Assembly (NCBI GenBank): GCA_016869515.1
Contig: VGDZ01000008.1
Location: forward strand, 2,437-66,436
Origin: Alphaproteobacteria bacterium
GTDB lineage: Bacteria; Pseudomonadota; Alphaproteobacteria; VGDZ01
DNA length: 64,000 nt
Reading direction: 5' to 3'
The notes beneath the pieces are model-generated. The model did no database searches. It was not told the origin of the DNA and saw only the letters and a program-made list of their open reading frames with translations. Positions 1 to 14,560 of this stretch are shown in pieces. How positions within the stretch are numbered: the stretch's first letter is position 1; each line of letters starts with the position of its first letter. Position numbers and translations under genes: made by a program.

Positions 1-686
1 TCGCCCGGCAGCAGCGCCCGCCGCTCGGGCAGCCAGACGAACATCTGGTCCTCGGTCTCGCCGGGCGCATGGACGATGCGCAGGCGGATGCCGGCGATGG
101 TCATCTCTTCCTCGCCGTCGACGATGCGGGTGGGACGCGCCAGCGCCAACTCGCTCTGGCCGTGGCGGTAGTCGAGGAACGGACCGATCCCGGCATTGGC
201 GTGCAGATCGGGCGGCAGCAGGACGCCGAACTGGCGCAGGTTGCGCGCGAACATCGCCGGCGCCACCACGTCCAGCGCCTCGTTCATCTCGGTCTCGGTG
301 TGACGGTTGGCGATGATCGTCGCGCCGCCCTCGGCCATGACGCGTGCCCCGAAGCTGTGATCGGGATGGTAATGGGTCAGGATCACCGCTCGGATCGGCT
401 TCGGCGTCAGCTTGGCGAACTCGGCTTTGACCCGGCGTGCGGCTTCGCCGCTTTCCATCGCGTCGACCACCACGGCGCCGTCGCTGCCCTCGATCAGGAT
501 CGAGTTCGCCAAGCCGTAGCCGACCGCGACCCACAGCCCCTCGGCGATGCGGATCACTTCGGGCTTGAACTCGGCGCCATGTTCGGCCAGGCGGCGTTCG
601 GCCGGCGCGGGCACGGTCTTGGTCTTGGGCTGGTCGTCGCAGGCAGCCAACGCCATGACCAGGATCGCGGACAAGAGACTGCGCAT
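1..686 (-). CDS. MBL-fold metallo-hydrolase, alkyl/aryl-sulfatase-like lipoprotein (N-terminal part; C-terminus lies beyond the left edge)
   Basis: Own translation from ATG at 686: MRSLLSAILVMALAAC (lipobox), ILTHYHPDH (HxHxDH metallo-beta-lactamase motif), HAPGETEDQMFVWLPERRALLPG typical of SdsA1/BDS1-type sulfatases. The frame is open to position 1, so it is not in the ORF track. Confidence 0.7.
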   Translation of the reverse strand, partial: MRSLLSAILVMALAACDDQPKTKTVPAPAERRLAEHGAEFKPEVIRIAEGLWVAVGYGLANSILIEGSDGAVVVDAMESGEAARRVKAEFAKLTPKPIRAVILTHYHPDHSFGARVMAEGGATIIANRHTETEMNEALDVVAPAMFARNLRQFGVLLPPDLHANAGIGPFLDYRHGQSELALARPTRIVDGEEEMTIAGIRLRIVHAPGETEDQMFVWLPERRALLPG

Positions 687-695
687 GGATCCTCC

Positions 696-1226
696 TCAGG
701 CCGGCCGACAGCTCATGCCGCGGCGCGCCGCCTCGGCCGCTTCTCGGTTCTCGCCATCCGCCACCAGAACCCGGAACAGCACTACCCCGCGCCGGGTCGG
801 AGAGACGACGGCGCGAGCGCCTTCGGGAGCCGCGACCGGACCGTCGGTCAGCATCAACCGGATCGGGCGCGCGCCGGCCTCGCGATCGTTGAGCACGAAG
901 AAATTGTCGGAATTGTCGGCATAGAACGCGACCGACCAATAGGGCAGGCGCGCGGCCTCGGACTGGGGCACGGCCTCGACCGTAAGCGGCCCTTTCGCCA
1001 GATCGAAGGCGCAGATGACGTAAAGCAGATCGGGGCTGGGCATGACGACGCGCCGGCTGGTGTGATCGGGCAAGGGCGGCCGCGCCGGCCGGTTGAGGCC
1101 GATCTCCTGCCCGAGGCGCTCGATCAACTGGTGCATGATCACCTGCGGCAGCAGCCACAGCGCCAGCCAATGCGTCGCCGCCGCCAGCGCCAGGACATAG
1201 GCGATGCGCAAGGCCCAGCTTCTCAT
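696..1226 (-). CDS. DUF1254-like membrane-anchored protein
   Basis: 3' part of track ORF 696..1778. Internal ATG at 1226 gives [20 protein letters not shown] (TM) and [25 protein letters not shown] overlap with the upstream gene's stop at 1223. Confidence 0.6.
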   Translation of the reverse strand: MRSWALRIAYVLALAAATHWLALWLLPQVIMHQLIERLGQEIGLNRPARPPLPDHTSRRVVMPSPDLLYVICAFDLAKGPLTVEAVPQSEAARLPYWSVAFYADNSDNFFVLNDREAGARPIRLMLTDGPVAAPEGARAVVSPTRRGVVLFRVLVADGENREAAEAARRGMSCRPA

Positions 1227-1798
1227 CGGCAGCCCTCTTCGGCGCGGATGCGAGGCGCGATCAGCGCCTCGGGCCGCGCCGCCAATTCGGTTGCCGGGTT
1301 GTACAGCCGCAAGGTCAGTTCGAACGGCGCGTTCCTCGGCACCGGCAGCCAGGGCTCGGCGCGGGCCTCGGCCGCAAGCGTCACCGCGAGGTCGCCGGCG
1401 GCTCCGGCCTGGGCCGAGTTGATGCTGAAACGGCGGGTCGGATGATCGATCAGGAAATGATCGGCGTCGTAGACCGTCAGGCTCCACCAGCGCGCGGCCG
1501 GGGCCGGGCCTTCGATGCGATAGGCGCAGGCGCCGTCGAGCGGGCGGCCGCGATCGTCGCTGCGGGCGACGAAATAAAGCGTCTCGGCGCGGCCGAGGCC
1601 GAGCAGCCCGCTCATGGCCACGCGGGCGCGGGTGTAGAGGCCGGCCTGCCGGGATCCGACCAGAAGGTCGGCGCGCCAGGGGCCGAGCGCGAGGCTTTGT
1701 CCCGGGCCAGGGCCGCGGATCGCCCACCAGGCCGAGCCCCCGCCCAGGCCGAGCCCGGCCGCGGTCAAGGCGATCCAAAGCGCGACTCTTTGGATCAC
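1223..1798 (-). CDS. DUF1214-like protein (usual partner of DUF1254 proteins)
   Basis: 191-aa ORF with N-terminal TM and the [17 protein letters not shown] / LTLRLYNP motifs. Confidence 0.6.
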   Translation of the reverse strand: MIQRVALWIALTAAGLGLGGGSAWWAIRGPGPGQSLALGPWRADLLVGSRQAGLYTRARVAMSGLLGLGRAETLYFVARSDDRGRPLDGACAYRIEGPAPAARWWSLTVYDADHFLIDHPTRRFSINSAQAGAAGDLAVTLAAEARAEPWLPVPRNAPFELTLRLYNPATELAARPEALIAPRIRAEEGCR

Positions 1799-1876
1799 CG
1801 TCCTGCCCTTGCCAGCGCGGCCTCGCCTTGCATAATCGGCGCCGGCATCCGGAAGCGTCGGGGAAAGCGAGGCGTC

Positions 1877-3811
<1,935 letters not shown>

Positions 3812-5089
3812 TCAGCGGTTCTCGGCCAGGATCTTGCCGGCGAAGTAGAGCGAGCCGGCCAACAGCATCCGCGGCGACGGCTCGGCCGGTACGGCCCGGA
3901 TCGCGGACGCGGCATCGGCCGCGGTCTCGGCGTCAAGCCCGACGTCCCGGGCGAAGGCCGCCAGCGCCTCGGGCGGATGGCAAGGCTCGCCCGGGATCGG
4001 CACGGCGAAAACCCGCGCCACCCGGCCCCGGAACGGGGCGAAGTAGCCGCGCGCGTCCTTGTTCTCGAGCATGCCGACGACCATGTGCACCGGCCGTGTG
4101 CCGCGCCACTGATCGAGCGTGGCGGCGATCGCCTCCCCAGCCCCGGGGTTGTGCCCGCCGTCGAGCCAGATCTCGCCGCCCGCCGGCAGCAGGTCGACCA
4201 GCGGTCCCGCCGCCAGCCGCTGCATCCGGGCCGGCCACTCGACCGCGCGCAGGCCGCGGGCGACGGCGTCGGCCGGAATCCGCAGCGCCTGCTGGCGTTC
4301 GACGCAGGCGATGGCGGTGGCGGCGTTGGGGATCTGATGCGGCCCGATCAGCCCGGGCGGCGGCAGATCGCGCTGCCCTTGGGCGGATTCGAAGCGCATT
4401 CCGCTCGGGCTCGCTTCGGCTCGGAAGTCCTGGCCCCACACCGCCAGCGGCGCCCGCAAGTCATCGGCCCTGGCCTGCAACACCGCCATGGCCTCGGCCA
4501 CTTGCGGGCCGATCGTCGCCGGCACCCCGGCCTTGAGGATGCCGGCCTTCTCGAAAGCAATCTTGGCGACCGTGTCGCCGAGATACTGCATGTGATCGAG
4601 CGAGATCGGCGTGATCGCCACGCCCAAGGGCCGCGCCACGATGTTGGTCGCATCCAGTCGCCCGCCCAACCCGGTCTCGAGCAAGAGCAGATCGGCCGGC
4701 TCGCGGGCGAAGGCCAGGAAGGCGGCGGCGGTGGTGATCTCGAACAGGGTGATCGGCTCCTCGCCGTTGACCCGCTCGCATTCCTCCAGCAGGGCCGAGA
4801 ACTGCGCATCCTCGATCAGCCGCCCGGCGAGGCGGATGCGCTCGTTGAAGCGCACCAGATGCGGCGAAGTATAGACGTGAACGCGATACCCGGCGGCCTC
4901 GGCGAAGGCACGCAGGAAGGCCACGGTCGAGCCCTTGCCGTTGGTGCCGGCGACGTGGATCGCCGGCGGGAAGCGATGCTCGGGATGACCCAACCGCGCC
5001 AACAACCGCTCGATCCGCCCCAGCGACAAATCGATCGATTTGGGATGGAGCCGCTTCAGCCGCTCCAGCAGCAGGTCAGGCGCGACCAT
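3812..5089 (-). CDS. folC: bifunctional folylpolyglutamate synthase / dihydrofolate synthase
   Basis: 425 aa, HVAGTNGKGST P-loop of the Mur ligase family. Classic accD-folC adjacency. Confidence 0.9.
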   Translation of the reverse strand: MVAPDLLLERLKRLHPKSIDLSLGRIERLLARLGHPEHRFPPAIHVAGTNGKGSTVAFLRAFAEAAGYRVHVYTSPHLVRFNERIRLAGRLIEDAQFSALLEECERVNGEEPITLFEITTAAAFLAFAREPADLLLLETGLGGRLDATNIVARPLGVAITPISLDHMQYLGDTVAKIAFEKAGILKAGVPATIGPQVAEAMAVLQARADDLRAPLAVWGQDFRAEASPSGMRFESAQGQRDLPPPGLIGPHQIPNAATAIACVERQQALRIPADAVARGLRAVEWPARMQRLAAGPLVDLLPAGGEIWLDGGHNPGAGEAIAATLDQWRGTRPVHMVVGMLENKDARGYFAPFRGRVARVFAVPIPGEPCHPPEALAAFARDVGLDAETAADAASAIRAVPAEPSPRMLLAGSLYFAGKILAENR

Positions 5090-5978
5090 CGGCCGGCGCC
5101 GGTTCGACCGCCGCCGGCGCCGCCGCCTTGGGCCTCATCAGCAGGTCGATCACCTGGGCCAGGGTCTCGCGCAGCTTGGCGCGCGGCACCACCATGTCGA
5201 CCATGCCGTGGTCGAGCAGGTACTCGGCGCGCTGGAAGCCCTCGGGCAGCTGCTCGCGGATGGTCTTCTCGATCACCCGCGGTCCGGCGAAGCCGATCTG
5301 CGCGCCGGGCTCGGCGATGGCGATGTCGCCCAGCATGGCGAAGCTGGCGGTGACGCCGCCGGTGGTGGGATCGGTCAGCACGACGATGTAGGGCAGGCCG
5401 GCCTCGTGCATCTGTTCGACGGCGATGGTGGTGCGCGGCATCTGCATCAAGGACAGGATGCCTTCCTGCATGCGCGCACCGCCCGAGGCGGTGACCGCGA
5501 CCAGCGCCGCCTTGGCGGCGATGGCCCGCGCCGCGGCGGCAAGGAAGGCCTCGCCCACCGCCAAGCCCATCGAGCCGCCCATGAAGCCGAAATCCAGCGC
5601 CGCGATCACCGTCGGCTGCCCGCCGATCTTGCCCTCGGCCACCAGCATGGCGTCCTTCTCGCCCGAGCGGGCGCGCGAATCCTTGAGCCGGTCGGGATAG
5701 CGCTTATGGTCGCGGAACTTGAGCGGATCCTGCACCACTGCCGGAGTCTCGACCCGCGCATGGACGCCGTCGTCGAACAGCATGGCGAAGCGCTCGACCG
5801 CCGAAACCCGCAGATGATGGCCGCAATGCTGGCAGACCGAAAGATTGGCCTTGAGGTCGCGGGCGAAGATCATCTGCCCGCAGGACGGGCAGGTCTGCCA
5901 CAGATTGCCTGGCACGTCGCGCTTGCGGTTGACCAGCGCGTTGATCCGCGGCTTGACGAAGTTAGTCAGCCAGTTCAT
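5076..5978 (-). CDS. accD: acetyl-CoA carboxylase carboxyltransferase beta subunit
   Basis: 300 aa, N-terminal zinc ribbon CPSCGQ...CQHCGHH, carboxyltransferase domain. Confidence 0.95.
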   Translation of the reverse strand: MNWLTNFVKPRINALVNRKRDVPGNLWQTCPSCGQMIFARDLKANLSVCQHCGHHLRVSAVERFAMLFDDGVHARVETPAVVQDPLKFRDHKRYPDRLKDSRARSGEKDAMLVAEGKIGGQPTVIAALDFGFMGGSMGLAVGEAFLAAAARAIAAKAALVAVTASGGARMQEGILSLMQMPRTTIAVEQMHEAGLPYIVVLTDPTTGGVTASFAMLGDIAIAEPGAQIGFAGPRVIEKTIREQLPEGFQRAEYLLDHGMVDMVVPRAKLRETLAQVIDLLMRPKAAAPAAVEPAPADGRA

Positions 5979-6790
5979 GCCGACGCCCTGGCCACGCCCT
6001 TGGCCAGCTCCCGAACCAGGGCGGTGATGCCGGAAACGGCAGCCGCCTTGTCGGCCCCTGCCCGCTCGATCGCCTGCACCAGCGCGGTACCGACCACGGC
6101 GCCGTCGGCGACGCGGGCGATGGCTTCGGCCCGCGCCGCGTCGCGAATGCCGAAGCCGACCATCACCGGAAGCCTGGTGGCGGCCTTGATGCGCGCCACC
6201 TGAGCCCCCACCGGCGCCACTTCGGGCACGGCCGCGCCGGTGGTGCCGGTGATCGAGACGTAATAGACGAAGCCCGACGATCCGTTCAGCACCGCCGGCA
6301 GGCGCTTGGCGTCGGTGGTCGGCGTCGCCAGCCGGATCAGATCGATCTCGGCCGCGCGCAGATCGGGCAGCAGTTCGTCGGCCTCCTCGGGCGGCAGGTC
6401 GACCAGGATCAGGCCGTCGATCCCGGCCTTGGATGCCGATTGAGCGAAGGCCTTGCCGCCGCGGCGATGGATCGGATTGTAGTAGCCCATCAGAACGATC
6501 GGCGTGTCGTCGTCTTCCTTGCGGAACCGCGCCACCAGATCGAGCGTCCGATCCAGCGTCATGCCCGCCGCCAGCGCGCGCAGGCCCGCGGCCTGGACCG
6601 CCGGGCCGTCGGCCATGGGGTCGGTGAACGGCATGCCGAGTTCGATGATGTCGGCGCCGGCCGCCGGCAGCTTGCGGACGTATTCGAGGCAGGTCGCGGA
6701 ATCGGGATCGCCGGCCATGACGAAGGTGACCAGCGCCTTGCGGCGTTCGGCCGCCAGTCTGGCGAGGCGTCGGGAAAGCCGTGCGCTCAC
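5975..6790 (-). CDS. trpA: tryptophan synthase alpha chain
   Basis: Track ORF 5975..6847. Probable GTG start at 6790 forms a GTGA overlap with the trpB stop. [26 protein letters not shown] motifs. Confidence 0.9.
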   Translation of the reverse strand: MSARLSRRLARLAAERRKALVTFVMAGDPDSATCLEYVRKLPAAGADIIELGMPFTDPMADGPAVQAAGLRALAAGMTLDRTLDLVARFRKEDDDTPIVLMGYYNPIHRRGGKAFAQSASKAGIDGLILVDLPPEEADELLPDLRAAEIDLIRLATPTTDAKRLPAVLNGSSGFVYYVSITGTTGAAVPEVAPVGAQVARIKAATRLPVMVGFGIRDAARAEAIARVADGAVVGTALVQAIERAGADKAAAVSGITALVRELAKGVARASA

Positions 6791-7998
6791 AGCTTGCGCC
6801 CCAGCGCTTCGGCGACGGTGAACACGTCCTTGTCGCCGCGCCCGCACAGGTTCATCAAGACGATGTGCGGCTTGGGCAGCTTGGGCGCGATCTTCAGCAC
6901 ATGCGCCAGCGCATGCGCCGGCTCCAGCGCCGGGATGATGCCTTCGAGGCGCGAGCAGAGCTGGAAGGCATCCAGCGCCTCCTGGTCAGTGGCCGAGACG
7001 TATTCCACCCGCCCGACCTCGTGCAGCCACGAATGCTCGGGACCGATGCCGGGATAGTCCAGCCCGGCCGAAATCGAATGCGCCTCGTCGATCTGGCCGT
7101 CGGCGTCTTGCAACAGATAGGTGCGGTTGCCGTGCAGCACGCCCGGCTGGCCGCGGCTGAGCGAGGCCGCGGTCTTGCCGGAATCGAGCCCCAACCCCGC
7201 CGCCTCGACGCCGTGAATCCGCACCGAAGGCTCGTCGAGGAATTCGTGGAACAGGCCCATGGCGTTCGACCCGCCGCCGATGCAGGCCACCAGCGTGTCG
7301 GGCAACCGGCCCTCGGCCTGCATCATCTGCTCGCGCGCTTCCTTGCCGATCACCGCCTGGAAGTCGCGCACCATGGCGGGATAGGGATGCGGCCCGGCGA
7401 CGGTGCCGATGATGTAATAGGTGTCGGCGACGTTGGTGACCCAATCGCGCAGCGCCTCGTTCATCGCGTCCTTGAGGGTGCGCGAGCCCGAAGTCACGGC
7501 GCGCACCTCGGCGCCCAGCAGCTTCATGCGGAAGACGTTGGGCTTCTGGCGCTCGATGTCGACCTCGCCCATGTAGATCACGCAGGGCATGCCGAACAGC
7601 GCGGCGACGGTGGCGGTGGCGACGCCGTGCTGGCCGGCCCCGGTCTCGGCGATAATGCGGGTCTTGCCCATGCGTTGGGCCAGCAGGATCTGGCCCATGC
7701 AGTTGTTGATCTTGTGGGCACCGGTGTGGTTCAGCTCGTCGCGCTTGAAGTAGACCTTGGCGCCGCCGCAATGCCGGGTGATGCGCTCGGCGTGATAAAG
7801 CGGCGAGGGCCGGCCGACGTAATGGGTCATGTAGCGGCCGAGTTCGGCATGGAAGGCAGGATCGGCCTTGGCCCGGGCGTAGGCCTTCTCCAACTCGAGG
7901 ATCAGCGGCATCAGCGTTTCGGCGACGAAACGGCCGCCGAAGCGGCCGAAATGGCCGCGTTCGTCGGGACCGATGCGAAACGAATTGGGCGCCGCCAT
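6787..7998 (-). CDS. trpB: tryptophan synthase beta chain
   Basis: 403 aa, [12 protein letters not shown]-lysine motif, GGGSNAMG. Confidence 0.97.
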   Translation of the reverse strand: MAAPNSFRIGPDERGHFGRFGGRFVAETLMPLILELEKAYARAKADPAFHAELGRYMTHYVGRPSPLYHAERITRHCGGAKVYFKRDELNHTGAHKINNCMGQILLAQRMGKTRIIAETGAGQHGVATATVAALFGMPCVIYMGEVDIERQKPNVFRMKLLGAEVRAVTSGSRTLKDAMNEALRDWVTNVADTYYIIGTVAGPHPYPAMVRDFQAVIGKEAREQMMQAEGRLPDTLVACIGGGSNAMGLFHEFLDEPSVRIHGVEAAGLGLDSGKTAASLSRGQPGVLHGNRTYLLQDADGQIDEAHSISAGLDYPGIGPEHSWLHEVGRVEYVSATDQEALDAFQLCSRLEGIIPALEPAHALAHVLKIAPKLPKPHIVLMNLCGRGDKDVFTVAEALGRKL

Positions 7999-8005
7999 GA
8001 ACCCC

Positions 8006-8653
8006 TCAGATCGCCGCCGCCGCGGCCAGGAAAGCGCGGATCAAGTCCGGGTTCTTGACCCCGGGCGCATCCTCCACGCCCGAGGACACGTCGACCGCCC
8101 GCGCTCCGCTAGCCGCCACGGCCTCGGCCAGGTTGCCGGCATCGAGACCGCCGGCCAGCATCCACGGGCAGCCGAAGCGCCTTCCCTTGAGCAAGGACCA
8201 ATCGAAGCTCAGCCGATTGCCGCCGGGCAGCGCGCCGGGCAAAGTTTTAGGGGTTTTGGCGTCGAACAGCAACCAATCGGCGATGTCCTCATAGGGCTCG
8301 GTCTGCGCGAAATCCTCGGCCGCGCCGATCTTGATCGCCTTGATCACGGTGCGGCCGAGCTTGGTCCGCAGGCGCTCGACCGTGGCCGGGGTCTCGCGGC
8401 CGTGAAGCTGCAGCATGTCCAGCTTGGCGACGCGCACCGTGTCGCGGATGCGTTCGATGCCGGCATCGACAAACAGCCCGACCTTGGCGACGTGATCGGG
8501 CAGATCGCGCGTGATCTCGGCCGCCTGCTCGGGCGTCACCGCGCGCGGGCTCTTGTCGTAGAACACCAGGCCGACATAGCCGGCGCCTCCGGCAGCGGCC
8601 GCGGCGACTGCTTCGGCGGTGCTGAGACCGCAGATCTTGGCCAGGACCGGCAT
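8006..8653 (-). CDS. trpF: phosphoribosylanthranilate isomerase
   Basis: 3' part of track ORF 8006..8890, from ATG 8653: [10 protein letters not shown]..., 215 aa. Confidence 0.9.
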   Translation of the reverse strand: MPVLAKICGLSTAEAVAAAAAGGAGYVGLVFYDKSPRAVTPEQAAEITRDLPDHVAKVGLFVDAGIERIRDTVRVAKLDMLQLHGRETPATVERLRTKLGRTVIKAIKIGAAEDFAQTEPYEDIADWLLFDAKTPKTLPGALPGGNRLSFDWSLLKGRRFGCPWMLAGGLDAGNLAEAVAASGARAVDVSSGVEDAPGVKNPDLIRAFLAAAAAI

Positions 8654-8658
8654 CGGCG

Positions 8659-9360
8659 TCAGTCCGCGATCTGCTCGATCATGGCGCGAGCTGCGGCCCG
8701 CGGATCGGGCGCCTGGACGATCGGCCGGCCGATCACCAGCACATCGGCGCCGGCGGCCCGTGCCTCGGCCGGAGTCATGACCCGCTTCTGATCCCCGGCG
8801 GCGGCGCCTGCCGGCCGCACCCCCGGCACCACCAGCAGCATGTCGCGCCCCAGCGCCGCCCGCAGCGGCTTGACCTCGTGCGGCGAACACACCACCCCGG
8901 CCAGCCCGGCCGCCTTGGCCAGCCGGGCCATGCGCACGGCGTGATCGGCCAGGCCGCCCTGAATGCCGCCCTCGGACAGATCGCTTTGGTCGAGGCTGGT
9001 CAGCACGGTGACGGCGATCACCCGGGACGAAGCACGCGCCGCCAGCACGGTCTCGGCCGCGGCCTGCATCATCGCCCTTCCGCCGCCGGCATGGACGGTG
9101 AGGAAGGTCGGACCCAGCGCCAGCGCGCTTTTCACGGCGCCGGCGACGGTGTTGGGAATGTCGTGCAGCTTGAGATCGAGGAACAGCGGCTGGTCGGCAG
9201 CCAAGGCACGCACGCCGGCGGGGCCTTCGGCGACAAACAGTTCGAGGCCAATCTTCAACCCGACGCCGATTCCGGCCAGCTTCTTGGCCATGCGTCCGGC
9301 CTCGGTCGCGTTGGGCAGGTCAAGGGCGACGAACAGCCGGGGCGGCGGGCGCTCGCTCAT
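8659..9360 (-). CDS. pyrF: orotidine 5'-phosphate decarboxylase
   Basis: Track ORF 8659..9396. Start at ATG 9360 (MSERPPPRLFVALDLP...); FLDLKLHDIPNT motif. Confidence 0.9.
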   Translation of the reverse strand: MSERPPPRLFVALDLPNATEAGRMAKKLAGIGVGLKIGLELFVAEGPAGVRALAADQPLFLDLKLHDIPNTVAGAVKSALALGPTFLTVHAGGGRAMMQAAAETVLAARASSRVIAVTVLTSLDQSDLSEGGIQGGLADHAVRMARLAKAAGLAGVVCSPHEVKPLRAALGRDMLLVVPGVRPAGAAAGDQKRVMTPAEARAAGADVLVIGRPIVQAPDPRAAARAMIEQIAD

Positions 9361-9367
9361 GGCAGGG

Positions 9368-9577
9368 TTATAGCGCCAATGCCCGCCCGGCGTCATCGTG
9401 AGCGCCGGCGTGGATCGAGCCGAGTTCGGCGGCGTCCAGCCGATACTCGCCCCCGTCGCGCAGCCGATCGCGGATCGGCGCGATCACGGCCTCGCCCTCG
9501 GCCGGCGAGGGTTCGCGCACCAGATCGGGATCGGCTGCAGGGCCGAGAATGCCGGCGCCGACGACGGCGACTTTCAT
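9368..9577 (-). CDS. hypothetical 69-aa protein with Rossmann-like N-terminus (MKVAVVGAGILG)
   Basis: ATG 9577 overlaps the stop of the upstream OCD gene (ATGA). High third-position GC. No recognisable family beyond GxGxxG. Confidence 0.35.
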   Translation of the reverse strand: MKVAVVGAGILGPAADPDLVREPSPAEGEAVIAPIRDRLRDGGEYRLDAAELGSIHAGAHDDAGRALAL

Positions 9578-10503
9578 GCCGCCTCCGCCACCAGCTCGGC
9601 CGCTGCCAGATCTTCGATCGCCGAGCCGACCGACTTGAACAGGGTGATTTCCTCGGCCGAGCGGCGGCCGGGATGGCGGCCGCGCGCCAGATCGTGCAGA
9701 TCGGCCAGGACCGCGCCGCGCTCGATCGTGCCCGCCGCCAGCGGGGCGGTCAGATCGCCCGCCTCCGTCAGCGCGCCGCCCATGGTGTCGACGAAGATCC
9801 GGGCGCGCCTGACCGTATCGTCGTCGGCCTCGCGCATCGCCGGGGTGAAACCGCCGACCAGATCGAGATGGGTGCCCGGCTTGAGCCACTGGCCGCGGAT
9901 CAGCGGCGTCGGGCTGAGCGTGGCGCAGGAGACGATGTCGGCCGTGCTGACGGCCGCGGCCAAGTCCGCGACCGCCTCGCCGCCGACTCTCGATGCCAGC
10001 TCGCGCGCGCGTTGGGCGGTGCGATTCCAGACCAGCACCCGCTTCAGGCTCGGCCGCGCCGCGCGATGGGCACGGATCAGATGCGGCGCCAACGCGCCGG
10101 CACCGACCATCAGCAGCGTCGCCGCGTCGGCGCGCGACAGGTAGTCGGAGGCCAAGGCCGATGCCGCGCCGGTGCGATGCAGGGTCAGCACGCGGCCGTC
10201 CATTACCGCCCGCACCGCGCCGGTCACGGCATCGAGCAGCAGATAGGTGCCGAGCACGGAATCCAGCCCATGCTTGCGGTTGTCGGGAAAGACGGTGACG
10301 ATCTTGACGCCCATCGCGCCGCCCGGCCGCCAGGCCGGCATCAGCAGCAGCATGCCCTCGCTGGCGCCCGGCACGGCGACCGGATGGTGATGGCGCACCG
10401 GCACCGCCACTTCGGCGGCGAAGGCGGCGCGCAGCCGTTCGATCAGGGCGCGGTCGTCGAGCGCGCGCGCCACCGCCTGCGCATCGTAGAACCGCGGACC
10501 CAT
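9574..10503 (-). CDS. ornithine cyclodeaminase / mu-crystallin family protein
   Basis: 309 aa; LLMVGAGALAPHLIRAH Rossmann motif and family-typical layout. Confidence 0.8.
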   Translation of the reverse strand: MGPRFYDAQAVARALDDRALIERLRAAFAAEVAVPVRHHHPVAVPGASEGMLLLMPAWRPGGAMGVKIVTVFPDNRKHGLDSVLGTYLLLDAVTGAVRAVMDGRVLTLHRTGAASALASDYLSRADAATLLMVGAGALAPHLIRAHRAARPSLKRVLVWNRTAQRARELASRVGGEAVADLAAAVSTADIVSCATLSPTPLIRGQWLKPGTHLDLVGGFTPAMREADDDTVRRARIFVDTMGGALTEAGDLTAPLAAGTIERGAVLADLHDLARGRHPGRRSAEEITLFKSVGSAIEDLAAAELVAEAA

Positions 10504-10504
10504 G

Positions 10505-10810
10505 TCAGTAAGGGATCGGCGGCGGGATCGGAACCGGGGCGACGCCGTCGCCGGCGCGCTTCATGGCGGCCAGCTCGCGCGCCAGCACCGCCGCCCGCGC
10601 CCGCGCCGCCACCATCCGCCACCAACCGATCGCCCCGCCGATGACGATCCCGACCGCGATCCCGCCCAGCCCCAGCGCATAGACCGGAAGTTCGAGGGAC
10701 AGCGGCAGCGGATCGAGGCTGATGCGCAAGGGCGCGCGATTGGCGACGGCGAAGGCCGCGACCGAGGCCGCAAGCACGACAAAACACAGCATGCCGAGGA
10801 GCCGCATCAT
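10505..10810 (-). CDS. LapA-domain (DUF1049) inner-membrane protein
   Basis: 101 aa, two TM segments. Conserved position downstream of ihfB in alphaproteobacteria. Confidence 0.7.
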   Translation of the reverse strand: MMRLLGMLCFVVLAASVAAFAVANRAPLRISLDPLPLSLELPVYALGLGGIAVGIVIGGAIGWWRMVAARARAAVLARELAAMKRAGDGVAPVPIPPPIPY

Positions 10811-10822
10811 GGCGGCTCGCGG

Positions 10823-11152
10823 TCAACCGCCGGCGCTGGGGGCGGCGCTGCGCGCGGCGCCGGCCTGGGCGTTGCCGGAATTGAGGCGTTCGCGCAATTC
10901 CTTGCCGGTCTTGAAGAACGGCACCCGCTTTTCGCTGACCTGCACGGCTTCGCCCGAGCGCGGGTTGCGGCCGACGCGGGCCGGGCGGCGCTTGACCGAG
11001 AACGCGCCGAAGCCGCGCAACTCGACCCGGTCGCCGCGCGCCAGCGCATCGGCGATCTCGGCGAACACCGTGGTGACGATGCGCTCGATGTCGCGCTGGT
11101 AGAGATGCGGATTGGTTACCGCCAGATGGGCGATGAGCTCGGATTTGGTCAT
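10823..11152 (-). CDS. ihfB: integration host factor beta subunit
   Basis: 109 aa, [11 protein letters not shown]..., [28 protein letters not shown] arm. Confidence 0.95.
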   Translation of the reverse strand: MTKSELIAHLAVTNPHLYQRDIERIVTTVFAEIADALARGDRVELRGFGAFSVKRRPARVGRNPRSGEAVQVSEKRVPFFKTGKELRERLNSGNAQAGAARSAAPSAGG

Positions 11153-11179
11153 GGCCGGATGGATGGCGGGTCCCCTGGG

Positions 11180-12085
11180 TCAGCGCGAAGGGTGCCAAAG
11201 CGAGGTCAAGCCGTCAAGGCTATGTCGTTCCGGCAAAAGGACTTTTTGGGCCCGGCCGAGCATGTCCTCGAGCCAGGATTCGGCCCGGCCGCGCAGCTTG
11301 ACGTCGCGCACTGGAAGTCCAACCGGCACCTCGCGCGAAGCCAGCCAGGCCCGCGCCTCGCTTTCGCCGCCCAGACCGTCGATCAACTTGTTTGCGACCG
11401 CCTGGCGGCCGGTATAGACCCGGCCGTCGGCCAGCTTGCGCGCCGCCTCGCGTTCGAGCCCGCGTCGTTCGATCAGGAGGTCGAGAAACCATTCATAGGT
11501 GTCGTCGACCAGCGCCTGGGTCGCCTCGCGCGCGCCCGGCGCCAACGGCTCGAGCGGATTGGGCTGGGCTTTGAGCGGGCTCGACTTGAAGCTCAGCGGC
11601 GTCACGCCCAGCTTGTCCAGCAGCCGCGTCACCTCGACCGTCTCCATCGCCACGCCGATCGAGCCGGTGATGGTGGTCTCGCGCGCCAGCAGATGATCGG
11701 CGGCCAGCGCGGCGAGGTAGCCGCCCGACGCCGCCACCGTGCCCATCACCGCCACCGTCGGCCGCCGTTCCGCGATCCGGCGCAGGCCGCGATAGACCAT
11801 CTCGGCGCCGGTGGTGGTCCCGCCCGGGCTGTTGACGCGCAGGATCAGCGCCCGCACGGCGCGATCCTCGGCCAGCTCGGCCAGCTTCTCCTCCAGCCGT
11901 CGCTCGTCGAGGATCACGCCCTCGAGATCGAGCCGCGCGACATAAGGCCGCTCGGGCAGCGCGCCGAACTCGCTCGCCGCCACGCCGACCAGCGCCACCA
12001 GCGCCACCACCGCCGCCACGCGCCAGCGCCGCAGCCGCCGCTTGAGCCGGCGGCGGTCCAGCACGGCATCGGCGTCGAACGCCAT
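11180..12085 (-). CDS. sppA: signal peptide peptidase SppA (36K type)
   Basis: 301 aa, N-terminal TM, SPGGTTTGAE and AASGGY ClpP/crotonase-fold motifs. Confidence 0.85.
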   Translation of the reverse strand: MAFDADAVLDRRRLKRRLRRWRVAAVVALVALVGVAASEFGALPERPYVARLDLEGVILDERRLEEKLAELAEDRAVRALILRVNSPGGTTTGAEMVYRGLRRIAERRPTVAVMGTVAASGGYLAALAADHLLARETTITGSIGVAMETVEVTRLLDKLGVTPLSFKSSPLKAQPNPLEPLAPGAREATQALVDDTYEWFLDLLIERRGLEREAARKLADGRVYTGRQAVANKLIDGLGGESEARAWLASREVPVGLPVRDVKLRGRAESWLEDMLGRAQKVLLPERHSLDGLTSLWHPSR

Positions 12086-12103
12086 GGCGCCAGCCGCGTC
12101 CCG

Positions 12104-13837
<1,734 letters not shown>

Positions 13838-13906
13838 GTCTTGTCCTGTGTCTTTCGGCGCCCGAACCGACCCCATGTCGGCGCGGGCGCGATCGTCGGA
13901 TTTGGA

Positions 13907-14560
13907 TTAGGACCGGGGACCGATCCTGCCGACGACCATCTCCCAAGCTGCGGAGAGGGCCGCTTCTATAGACAAATCGCTGGTATCGAGCAAGAGGGCA
14001 TCGGCCGCGGGCTTGAGGGGGGCGGCGGCGCGGTCGGAATCGCGCCGGTCGCGGGCCTCCATTTCGGCCCGTACCGCCTCGGCATCGGGCCGCTCGCCGC
14101 GCGCCAGCAGCTCGGCATGACGCCGGCGCGCGCGTGCCGCCAGCGAGGCGGTGACATAGAGCTTGGCCTGGGCATCGGGGCAGACCACGGTGCCGACGTC
14201 GCGGCCGTCCAGCACCGCCCCCGGCTTGCCGCCGGGCGGCTGAGCCGCAAAGCGGCGCTGGTAGGCGAGCAGCGCCGCCCGCACCTCGGGCATGGCGGCC
14301 ACGACCGAGGACAGCTTGGCCACGGCTTCGCTGCGCAGATCGCGCGCCGTCAGATCCTCGGCCGCCAGGCTCTCGGCCACCAGCCGGGCGTCGTCGGCCT
14401 CGGGCCCCTGCCCGAGCGCCAACAGCTTGGCGGCGACGGCGCGATAGAGCGAGCCGGTGTCGAGATGGGCGAAGCCGAGCCTTGCCGCCAGCGCCTTGGC
14501 CAGCGTGCCCTTGCCGGCCGCGGCCGGGCCGTCGACGGCGATGACGATGCTGCGGCTCAC
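13907..14560 (-). CDS. cmk: cytidylate kinase
   Basis: 3' part of read-through ORF 13907..16018. The GTG at 14560 overlaps the aroA stop (GTGA). [20 protein letters not shown]-loop. Confidence 0.9.
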   Translation of the reverse strand: MSRSIVIAVDGPAAAGKGTLAKALAARLGFAHLDTGSLYRAVAAKLLALGQGPEADDARLVAESLAAEDLTARDLRSEAVAKLSSVVAAMPEVRAALLAYQRRFAAQPPGGKPGAVLDGRDVGTVVCPDAQAKLYVTASLAARARRRHAELLARGERPDAEAVRAEMEARDRRDSDRAAAPLKPAADALLLDTSDLSIEAALSAAWEMVVGRIGPRS

